A stretch of 64,000 nucleotides of DNA from Macrostomum lignano (taxonomy: Eukaryota), in contig NIVC01003615.1 in the NCBI GenBank assembly GCA_002269645.1, forward strand, positions 23,620 to 87,619, given 5' to 3'. Below the pieces are notes generated by a model, which saw nothing but the letters and a program-made list of their open reading frames with translations, was not told the DNA's origin and did not search any database. Made by a program: the position numbers and the translations under genes. Positions 45,531 through 56,716 of this stretch are shown piece by piece. Numbering within the stretch: position 1 is the stretch's first letter; every line of letters begins with the position of its first letter.

Positions 45531-48500
45531 ATGGCCATACCGCAGAGTTATTATGAGCAGCCAAGCTTTCTAGAATTCTTCCAGCGAGCTGCAATATCAC
45601 TGGACGAGCTCTGCTTCAAGACAGACAAACCATTCGATTTTACCTTTGTTTTGAGCATGATTCAGTCTGTGAAATTGATTGACATTTTTACTGTGTTCTG
45701 TGTTGCATTCCTGTTTACTGGACTGAGGTCTCTAATGACCAGATTTGTGTCTGTGGTAAGTGATTGTTAGTTTTATGTATTGTTAACTATATTATTATTA
45801 GGATTTTCATTTTTATGCAGCCAGGTTGTTCACCTGGCGCAACGCCAATGCCCACAGCCAGCGCTAGGGCGATTCTGGCCATTCCACAGACTCCTGAGCA
45901 CATTCAAGCATGCCAATGCTGTACGCAGGCACACTCTCATGCACACGTGCACTCTGTGTGCCTTGGGGATTTGGCCCTTAGGTGAAAATTGCACTTATAA
46001 TTTTTTCGAAAAGCAGAATCGAGCGTAGGGGATCGTAGTTCTGTGTCCAAATTTGTTATATGAAATTATAATTATTATTGAAATCCTATGTATTTTAACT
46101 TGCAACTACAGCCATTAGCCAATGCACTTCAAGTGGCGGCTGAGCATAGACCGAAGTGGCCCGAGTCTGTTTGGAAACTGCTCATTTACTCTGGCCTATG
46201 GCTGCAGTCTCTCTACGTTGTGGTGCTCTGTGGAAAGTACGACGTTTTGCAGAATCCGTTGGATATTTTTAAAGACTGTGTATTTGGGGGTAAGTGTGCG
46301 AACCTCTGTGCAATCTGAGAAATTTATGATTTGATAAAATTTATATCCTTTTTTCTGGCCAGATGCCCAGCTGAAGCAGGCTGTGCCAAGCGACATCTAT
46401 TGGATGTACATGCTGCAGCTTGGCTTCTATGTGCACTCTATTATTGGCACATTGTACATGGATATGTGGCGCAAGGACTCTGTTATGATGCTGCTGCATC
46501 ACGGGCTTACCATCTTTCTACTGGAGTTTTCTTTTCTAGTTAGGTGAATGAACTATTATTTGCTTCAGGAGCTGTGTCATTGGGTTATTGTGTCAATAGG
46601 GTAGAGTTTGCAGGGATGAGGTGCGTGTCGAGAGCGCCAGTGAAATGACTGGCCTCTGGAGGATTGGGGTACGTAGACAGGGAGGAAGGTGGGCATTGAG
46701 AGGGGCAGGAAGTGGGGTGAGATGTTGAGAGGGGCAGGAAGTGGGGTGAGATGTTAAGAGGGGCAGGGAGTGAGATGGGGTGTTGAGAGGGGCAGGGAGT
46801 GAGATGGGGTGTTGAGAGGGGCAGGGAGTGAGATAGGGTGTTTAGAGGGGCAGGGAGTGAGATGGGGTGTTGAGAGGAGCAGGGAGTGAGGTGTGGTGTT
46901 AATGCTTGGGCGCAACCTTGGGATTCACTCGGCCGTTTCTATTGGCAACACACACGTGTGTCGCTATTGGACAGAATAGTAGTCACGTGACTGCTCTCAG
47001 CCAATAGCGACTTACATGTGTGTGCTGCCAATAGAAACGGCCGAGTGAATCCCAAGGTTGCGCATGTATGGGTGTTAAGAGAGGTAGGGGTGAGGTGGGC
47101 TGTTGAGAGGGGCAGGGAGTGAGGTGGGTTGTTTAGAGGGGCAGGGAGTGACGTGAAGTGTTTAGAGGGGCAGGGAGTGAGGTGGGGTGTTGAGAAAGGC
47201 GGGGAGTGAGGTGGGGTGTTGAGAAACGCAGGGAGTGAGGTGGGGTGTTGAGAAAGGCGGGGAGTGAGGTGGGGTGTTGAGAAAGGCAGGGAGTGAGGTG
47301 GGGTGTTGAGAAAGGCAGGGAGTGAGGTGGGGTGTTGAGAAAGGCAGGGAGTGAGGTGGGGTGTTGAGAGGGGCAGGGAGTGAGGTGAGGTGTAAATTAA
47401 ATCAGTGCGGTAAAGAGGAGCGGGACAACAAATATATATATATACAGCCATTTATTCCTGTTTCAAATTATCAATAATGAATCAGGTACCACAAAATCGG
47501 CGCACTCGTACTGCTGCTGCACGACCTAAGCGACATCCTGCTGGAGTTCACTAAAGTGCAAGTGTACTTAAAAGATCGGGCCAAGCAGCAGTGGCAGCTG
47601 AACGAATGGATGGCTAATATTGGATTTGTCATTTTCAGCATCAGCTGGTTAGCAAATTCTGTTCATATTGATTGTTTACTAGAACTGTATCTATTGATTA
47701 TTTCTACTTTTGTATTATTTTTCACCTGACAACAATTTAGGGCCTGGTTCCGACTCTACTGGTACCCGTTGAAGGTGCTGTACACCAGCACGTGGGGCAT
47801 CTACATTCATCACAGGCATAACGATCACAAACTGGTGCTTTTCTTTAACTGCATGCTGATTGCGCTGCAGGTGCTTCACATCTACTGGTTTTATGTGAGT
47901 GTCTGCTTTTTTATCCCTGTCTGAGGAGAATCTTATCCCAGTCTAAGGAGAATCTTATCCCAGTCTGAGGAGAATCTTATCCCAGTCTGAGGAGAATCTT
48001 ATCCCTGTCTGAGGAGAATCTTATCCCAGTCTGAGGAGAATCTTATCCAAGTCTAAGGAGAATCTCATCCCAGTCTGAGGAGAATCTTATCCCAGCCTGA
48101 GGAGAATCTTATCCCAGCCTGAGGAGAATCTCATCCAAGTCTGAGGAGAATCTTATCTCAGTCTGAGGAGAATCTTATCCCAGTCTAGGGAGAATCTTAT
48201 CCCAGCCCGAGGAAAATCTTATCTCAGTCTGAGGAGAATCTTATCCCAGCCTGAGGAGAATCTCATCCCAGTCTGAGGAGAATCTCATCCCAGTCTAGGG
48301 AGAATCTAATCCCAGTCTGAGGAGAATCTTATCTCAGTCTGAGGAGAATCTTATCCCAGTCTAGGGAGAATCTTATCCCAGCCCGAGGAAAATCTTATCT
48401 CAGTCTGAGGAGAATCTTATCCCAGCCTGAGGAGAATCTCATCCCAGTCTGAGGAGAATCTCATCCCAGTCTAGGGAGAATCTAATCCCAGTCTGAGGAG

Positions 48501-49767
48501 AATCTTATCTCAGTCTGAGGAGAATCTTATCCCAGTCTGGGGAGAATCTTATCCCAGCCTGAGGAGAATCTCATCCCAGTCTGAGGAGAATCTTATCTCA
48601 GTCTGAGGAGAATCTCATCCCAGTCTGAGGAGAATCTCATCCCAGTCTAGGGAGAATCTAATCCCAGCCTGAGGAGAATCTCATCCCAGTCTGAGGAGAA
48701 TCTTATCCCAGTCTAGGGAGAATCTAATCCCAGCCTGAGGAGAATCTCATCCCAGTCTGAGGAGAATCTCATCCCAGTCTAGGGAGAATCTAATCCCAGT
48801 CTGAGGAGAATCTTATCTCAGTCTGAGGAGAATCTTATCCCAGTCTAGGGAGAATCTTATCCCAGCCCGAGGAAAATCTTATCTCAGTCTGAGGAGAATC
48901 TTATCCCAGCCTGAGGAGAATCTCATCCCAGTCTGAGGAGAATCTCATCCCAGTCTAGGGAGAATCTAATCCCAGTCTGAGGAGAATCTTATCTCAGTCT
49001 GAGGAGAATCTTATCCCAGTCTGGGGAGAATCTTATCCCAGCCTGAGGAGAATCTCATCCCAGTCTGAGGAGAATCTTATCTCAGTCTGAGGAGAATCTC
49101 ATCCCAGTCTGAGGAGAATCTCATCCCAGTCTAGGGAGAATCTAATCCCAGCCTGAGGAGAATCTCATCCCAGTCTGAGGAGAATCTTATCCCAGTCTAG
49201 GGAGAATCTAATCCCAGCCTGAGGAGAATCTCATCCCAGTCTGAGGAGAATCTTATCTCAGTCTGAGGAGAATCTTATCCCAGCCTGAGGAGAATCTTAT
49301 CTCAGTCTGAGGAGAATCTTATCCAAGCCTGAGGAGAATCTCATCCCAGTCTGAGGAGAATCTTATCCCAGTCTAGGGAAAATCTTATCCCAGCCTGAGG
49401 AAAATCTTATCCCAGCCTGAGGAGAATCTCATCCCAGTCTGAGGAGAATCTTATCTCAGTCTGAGGAGAATCTCATCCCAGTCTAGGGAGAATCTTATCC
49501 CAACCTGAGGAAAATCTTATCCCAGTCTGAGGAGAATCTTATCCCAGCCTGAGGAGAATCTTATCCCAGTCTAGGGAGAATCTTATCCCAGTCTGAGGAA
49601 AATCTTATCTCAGTCTGAGGACAAAATCCTTGAAACCTTGGTTGCAGTTCATCATTCTGCTGCTGATTCGAGTAGCCACAGGTCGCCAGAGCGAGATTGA
49701 GGACACTCGGGAATTTGAGGAGGAAACAACAAAGAACGCCAATAATGGCCGTCCGCATGATGATTGA
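45531..49767 (+). CDS. CERS1: Ceramide synthase (LAG1/TLC domain, CerS1-like, no Hox domain), 339 aa
   Basis: join(45531..45755,46112..46289,46363..46543,47486..47647,47741..47894,49648..49767). KWPESVWK, DMWRKDSVMMLLHH, LLHDLSDILLEFTK (Lag1p motif), IYWF...EDTREFEE. Confidence 0.93.
46690..47390. repeat. ~29-bp G-rich minisatellite (GAGAGGGGCAGGGAGTGAGGTGGGGTGTT) interrupted by a palindrome
   Basis: CerS intron 3. Confidence 0.92.
46910..47063. repeat. 154-bp near-perfect palindrome (foldback element)
   Basis: Outer arms 46910-46947 and 47026-47063 are exact reverse complements. Pairing continues inward (GTCGCTATTGG/CCAATAGCGAC) to a central AGTCACGTGACT. Confidence 0.93.
47915..49620. repeat. 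22-bp minisatellite (TCTTATCCCAGTCTGAGGAGAA) with higher-order duplications
   Basis: Fills the last CerS intron; the variant CCCAGCCCGAGGAAAA occurs at 48201, 48377 and 48861. Confidence 0.97.
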
Positions 49768-52705
49768 TTTTTTAATGTTGTTTACGTGCTGTTAAATTGG
49801 CTTTTAAATAATTACATAAGCTATTTGTATTTGCATAGCTCCTTAATGAGTAGCAAGCATCTTGTCGAGTATGATTTGTTGATTTATAAATTGATATTGT
49901 AATTGATTAATTTTAACTTTATTAGCTAGCGTGACTGACATTATTATTCATTAAAAGTTTTCTTGCCAAAGCAAATGAAGTGACATTAAATTTTTGTATT
50001 TTTAATCGTATTAAATTTTTGTATTTTTAATCGTATAATTCATATTCATTATACGAGTATATAGTTTTACTTGATAAAACCCAACTCTATGCATATTGGC
50101 TTGGCTAAGTACTTTGCTATCCAACCCACCTCATTCCCTGCCCCACACAGCCAGTCCGCACACTTAGGCGTATTGCCTTAGCTATGTACTTTGTTCTATT
50201 TTTAGACTTTGCCGTCGCTCTTGTGACTTTCTAACCCCGGCGGGCCTTAACTTCACAACCCCGCCTGGCCCATCCGACGTTATCTACAAAGCTTTAGACG
50301 CAGCAAAGTACATAGTGTCTATTTTTGACTTGTACGTCTTACGGGAATGTACATTCATTCTATTAATAGATTATTGTTGTTATTGCCCCCCAAACCGTCC
50401 TTATATTAGAAAAAATCCGTTCTTTAGCCAAGGCGTTATAGTCTAACTACGCTCGTCATGTTTTTAAGTCGATATTTTCTCTCAAAGATTTTAGTATGCA
50501 ATATCTATTGCTAATGCCGAGATATTTTAAAAATATTTTTTCTCAGAGAAGTCAACAATATTCTGGAATTTAGCTCGTAGTTACTGCATTCCTAATTATC
50601 TTATTATGAAGCACTTTTTGAAAAAGAATTATTAATTACATTGATAATTCCTAAGTATTTCAATATTTTATTTTTTTAACCTGAAAATTATAGACCTAAT
50701 TCTGTATTACGATAATTAGACACTATTTAGCACCTTCAACATTTCCCCAGGTACCAAATAAGCATCCCTTCTTTCGTATTATTTCCTTAATATCTGCTCT
50801 TTTTGATTAATTAATGCTTTCAAATTGCCGCCATTCTGACGCTACAATGCAGCAAGCACTTCCACATTGGACACAATTTATTGCAATTTTTGTTGTTGAT
50901 TTGTTGTGCTAATTTTTTTAGTGATTTGTCGTAATTTCTTTTACGGTTATATTTCTATCGTCCTGTTATAGTCGTCGTTTTTATTCATTTTCTACACTTT
51001 GATTTGCAATGTTTTAAAGTGTCCTAAAAGCTTTTACAATTCTTGGCCTCTGTTTTAGTACGGATTAGTTAGTTTATGTGATTTCAAAAATCAAGTGCAA
51101 TATTAAATATTTTTCAGGATGCACCTGACAATGCTCTGCTTACATTTTCTTTTCGTTGTAGTACATTTTTATGTACAGTATTGATAACTTCTGTACCCTT
51201 TTAAGCTATCTTTTTAAGTTACTGTTTTGATTCTGTGTCTGACCACAATCTAGTTATTTTTTCTTAAGTTTGTGCCTTCCATTTCTTAACTTCTACTATT
51301 ACTTTTAAAGTCATTATTTGTATTGGCGCGTGCAGCAGCGGGTGTTGATAAAACTCCTATTGGCTTGATTGCCAACCAAGCTTGATCGGCGCACCCAATA
51401 TTGATTATCATGACACGGCAAAGTATTTTAATTCTGTTGATCTTTGCTGGAACCGTATTTTTCTTTAAATTTTCATATAGTTCACTTTCCATGCACAGGT
51501 ACTCAGTTCTGAATGATAACAGAGCTTCTGTGTCCCTTGGAGATCCAATTTCCAGCTGGCATATCTGGGGCTCAAAATTCTGTTTTCAGATTTCCACTAC
51601 AAAGCACTGTAGCTTAGGCTCTGTTAGCAAAAATTCGGTCAATCAACCAATCACGATTTTAAAAAGTGTAATCATGAACAACTGAAGTAGGACCGCTACT
51701 CCAACTTCTAGCATAGGCATCCTTGGTTGCTTTGGAGAAGTCGGATTTTCATGAACTAATTTGTCTATGGCACTTAGTGCACTAGTTGTACGACACAGGG
51801 CCTGTCAACTGAAGTTCATAAAGTGGAGCCCGAGCACAGATTCTATAAACTGTGAGCCCGAGTAACCTATGTACACAAATGACGCGTCATTCTGGTCACA
51901 GTGACACCAGGAGCTGGATTTGGGAAAAAAATTACAAAAATTGAACCTGGGATAGGAGAGAACAAGCAAGAGAATAATTAGGGACTATTATGTAAGCTTA
52001 AGCTCAAGGTGGAGTCCCTAATTGTCCCCTCATTGAGCAGAATGACTCATCAATGAGCTTAAGTTGACAGGTTGTAAATAAGATCCAATTTGCTTGAGAG
52101 CTGGACGACAAGCTGGTGAGAACTTATCCTTCCTCAAACTGAGTCCATTTCTGTCGGAATCCACCATAGCATTTCAACATTAGCTATTTGCATTGCGAGG
52201 GGCTGCTCGCCTATCCCTATTGCTACTAGAAATGAAATAAGCATCGATGCTATCCTGTGTGGATATAATTAATCAATTTGGAATTGTCCTCCACGATCGC
52301 GGCCACTCCAGCTTGCTTTGCCTAAACCTGTGAGGGCCCCATCTCATTCGAGAGCTGCATTATATTTACCCTCCGGGCGCTGCTGCTCTACAAGCTGTAT
52401 CGTGCAGTGAGCTCGCATTTCACGTGTCGCGTGCCTGGAGGCAGAGAGATGCTTCTCCATTGTTATCCATTGCTTTGCATTTGCCTTACTTGCAAGCCAT
52501 TATGCTTGGTAGATAAATTGCGCACAATGGAATAATAGATGTGGGTTGTGTTGGACATAGCTAGTCTAGCTGGATGCACGGTGCGAACAGTAATTCTACG
52601 ATACTTATTTTACCGAGCGCGGGACCGATCTCATCTAAGTTGAAAGAACCTCGAATCTCCCTAAGAGCTGTCAAGCAGCAGTTACTAGTGGGACACGCAG
52701 TCAAA

Positions 52706-54597
52706 ATGCCAGCAAAATCAGCCGAGACAGTCGCCGAAGATGCTGTGAAGCGAATTCTGAGCTCGGAACACGCCCGGCTACTGTCTCTGAACTCAAAATC
52801 TTCCTCCGCTGCGTCCGATGTGGCCGCCGAGATTCGACGCCGCAGTCGAGGCCGTGGGCGTTGTTTGGCCACGGTGGGGGCCAAGGCGGTCCTGCTGTAC
52901 CTGCTGGCCAGCGTGTGCAGCACCCTACTGTTCGGCCAGTATCCGGCTCTGTGGCAGTTCCTGCAAAACACCGACGCCTTCTCTCGGGCGGAGCTGCAGG
53001 TGAACCACCTGATGCGCAGGATCACTGTCTCCCTGGGCCTGCACAGCTACGACCTGCTGCACGCCAGGGAGCGGGAGCAGTGCCTGTTGCCGAATCCGCT
53101 GCACAAGCGCCGGCTGCGCTGCTGTCCGTGCAATAACCATCGGGTGGTGACCGCCAAGACCGCCCAGTCCATCCGAAGCCGCTTCAATAAGCTGTTCGAC
53201 CGCATGGTGAACCCGTTCGCCTACTCCAACAATAGCCAGTCGGACTTGAACTTTCAGCAGTTGAAAGCCATCGTTGAGAGCGACTGGCAGGCGGTGAATT
53301 CTGGATCGAATCGGTTGAGACTTCTGTGGCCAGCGGCTGCTGTGGCGGCCGGCGAGCCAGTCAGTTTGGAGCAAATCTTCCTTGGTGTAAGAAAACGTTT
53401 GACGACTTTGCTATAAGTTCTGATCGGACTTTGAACTCATAGCTCGCGCTGCTAAGGAACACTTTAGGCTGCTCCACCTGAAACAGACATTTCTGCCAGT
53501 TGCTCCGCGGGTCGGATATTGTTCAAATCAATGTATATTTGGTTCAGAACCCGTTTTAAAACTAATTCGAACAATCTTTGACCCGTGTATAGCTACTGTC
53601 AGTAATGTGTATACGAGCTATCTTTATGTAAGCCTCCGCGCCTTCCAAATTCGACATTGATCCCTTGAAAACTGTAACGCTTTTGTTTTCGTTGTTCTAT
53701 TTGATGATCTGCTCTGGAAGTTAAAATTCTACAACTAGATAACGGATTATTCAGGAAAAATACTGAACTTTTCAAATAGCGCGGGTTCAATTCCAAATTC
53801 GATTTGAAATTAGCTCGCGACATTTTTCGTGCAATTCACGCCCAGCAGGCCCCAACCTCCAAAGCAGAATATGTACTTGTACACGGGTTGTTGATGAAGT
53901 CGGGGCCGCTGTACGTGTACACACCCTGCTGGAGGATATTACTGCAGAAGTATCCGTAGGAGTCTGAGAGCTCTGGGGCCAGAGGAATGGGCCTGGCTGC
54001 TTGCTCCGGTGATTAATTGCTTGTTTTAATCGAGTGATTAAGACGTGGTTTAACTGGGTATTTTCGCCGACTTAAATTATATATTCTGATTTATTCTAAA
54101 TGACTCTTTTTCCACTTTGACCTGACCAGTCTAACACGGCTCCGCCTCCTGGCCGAGCCATCGCGTGGCTTTTCGGCCACCTGCCGGCCATCCGGCTGCT
54201 GCGAGATACCGTCCGCCGGCCGGACCACGTGCCCGAGCTCACCGAAGACGTGTTCGCTCGCCAGTTCATCTTTCTAGGCGACGGCTTGCCCGCTGGCGAG
54301 AGCGTCCATCTGGGCGACTTAGAGAGCATCCGCGGCCTGGCCTTCGCCTTCTCGCTGCACGGCGAGGTGTCCATTAGCCTGGCCCTGAAGCCGGAGTGCT
54401 GCCCGGCTGAGGTGTCCAAGCCGGACTACCGCAACCAGACCCGGCGTCTCGGCTCCGGTGATGTGCTGGGCTTCATGTCCAACTGCTACTGGTTTAGTCT
54501 GGCCAAGCAGTCCACGTCGGGTTACGCCATCGTGTATTTCGGTTCCGTTTACAACGGCATTCACCCCATTGAGAGCAAGGTGGCTACAAAAAAGTGA
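52706..54597 (+). CDS. C6orf89/BRAP-like type II membrane protein with a degenerate cupin/JmjC-like C-terminus, 382 aa
   Basis: join(52706..53386,54130..54597), phase 0. Single TM (AVLLYLLASVCSTLLF), QCLLPNP/CCPC Cys cluster, C-terminal GEVSISLALKPECC...LGSGDVLGFMSNCYW resembling the remembered C6orf89 family. Not verified by search. Confidence 0.6.
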
Positions 54598-56110
54598 TAG
54601 TTTTGGTGTATTTGCTCTTCAACGATTGACTGCGAGAAAACTATTGTCACGTTATTGGCGTAGAGGTTATGACCCTTAAAAGGGCCGTTTGACGAGAATT
54701 GTCGTAGGTTGTTGTAGTCCCAAAATGACTCAAAGCCAATTCTAGCAAAGCGGATTGTGTAGCGGAGCACTTGGCGTATAAGGGCAGGAAACTGCCGTAG
54801 CTAATTTATTGTCGAGATCAATATTAGACTGGTCAATATCAATACAAAACTTATAGTGTTCTGGGCACTGTCGGCTGCAACAATGGTTTTGAAGTGATTA
54901 GAATATGAAGTCGAGTAGCAGGCGAAGGATACAATGGCGACGCAACGTAGTGAGTGATGTCGATGAGCACAGTGGAGGCAGTGAGTAGTAAGTAGACAGG
55001 CAGATAAGTAGCGATGAGAGTGGCGTTAGCCGTGGCAGTACACAGTGGAGTACAGAGTGTGAACAGGCTGGCCCATACAGAGGAGCTGTGGCGTGAGATA
55101 AGGAGGCTCGAGGCAGCCAGGAGAGAGAAGGAAAACGAGACGAAAACACAAGGGCCGCAAGAGAAGACCCCCCAGGCCGCCGCCAGGCGGGGGTTAATAA
55201 AGGGGCGCAGAAGGGTTAGCATAAAACACGGAGAGTTTTCATTGGCTGGCGAGAGAACTTGAAATTATCGATCGTGCTAAAATTTACAGACGAACGCAAG
55301 GCCTACCAAATACACAGTGAATTAGCCATTGATACAGATTATTTGCACGCTACTACAAGTAAACGTTAAAATAAACTATTGGAGAAATTAAAATGAGAAA
55401 TTGCAAGGGAAACTACAGTCCAACGGCCCTTTTGCGGGACCACTTATACTAGCAACGTCACTATCCTCGGTCAAAAGTTAAATCCTTGCTATACTCACAC
55501 TGTAATGTTTTATTTATTGCTTTCAAGGAAAATATCCACCCAGCGAACTTATATAAACAAAAAACATCTCGATCCCTTATACTTAACATTTACTTCAAAT
55601 TATACATAATTATGTATCAATCGGCTATCACTTGATTATACTATAGGTAGAGAATCAAGTTACTCAATGTGAATGTATGAGCAGGATTTTACGTACTTGA
55701 TCGCTTTCAGTGAAAGTACATAATTATGATAAATTGTGTATAATGATTTAGGGGGTAGACAATGATGATTTTTGAGTGCACATGTGATGTACAGCGTGAG
55801 ACAACGAAATTGACGAAAGAATGGCATTTCAAGTTTGAATGCAGTGGAACCCAACCATGAACAAAATATAACTATCTGATCCAACTGTTACATGCTACAT
55901 GTGCTGCAGAGCTTGATGTGCAGCAGTTAATGCGAGAGCCAAATGCTTCATTTTTTCATCAATACAGTTCCCTTCCAACTCGGGAAAAGTAACTCGGGGC
56001 AGTAATGTAAAATTGAAAATTTAGCTGCAATGTAAGCCTCGCAATTATAATATACAAAAATATTAAAATTTGCTATTTGCAATTCTTAGTGGGCTTTAAC
56101 TAATGGAAGC

Positions 56111-56364
56111 TGTTAAAGAAATAATCAAGTCTAATAAATCTGAGGGTTACACTTTAAAAAAAACGGGTAAATGAGCCCTGTGGCTAAATTATTGCTTATA
56201 TATTAAATTAAATCGATGTTCTCTCTCTCCAACTCTCTGACTCAACAACGCCTCACGCACATCAACCCCACCCCAACACACTCTGAGACGGGGACCGCCA
56301 AGTGTACACTGGCGACGCTACACATAGCAGAGGGTCGGTACACAGGCACTCCAAATCCAATACA
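56111..56364 (-). repeat. 3' LTR of the BEL/Pao element (254 bp)
   Basis: Direct repeat of 62212-62434 with a 36-bp insertion, two small indels and 3 substitutions by eye. Confidence 0.95.
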
Positions 56365-56716
56365 CTCCCCCTAATGATGCTTCATCATTACAGTACTTAA
56401 CATTGTTATTTGAAAAAGAAACTCGCCATTAACTTAAATGAAATTAAACGAAATGAATAGCAAAAAACAAACGAACAACAAAAAACGCTCCAACATTACA
56501 ACAGACTTGATGACTAAAAATGTGACACACCATCACCAGAGTACTGAGTTAACGAAAAAGTAGGAACAAAGGGAAAACGAAACTCAAAAAAAATCCAATC
56601 AGCGCTAAGGAGCTCAAAAGGTAAGATTGAAAGGGAGTGAAAATTACTGCGAACTAAAACTAAACAGAAACTCGAAACAACGATTAGAACAGTCATTGAA
56701 AGTCAGTTACTTAAGT

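Noticed and set aside
51286-52560. Possible decayed coding sequence on the minus strand
   Set aside because: Stops occur in all frames and I recognise no motif; cannot be supported without a search.
54857-55228. TG...CA-bounded purine-rich segment as a solo LTR
   Set aside because: The flanks (TATAG versus CGGAG) give no target-site duplication and there is no second copy in the window.
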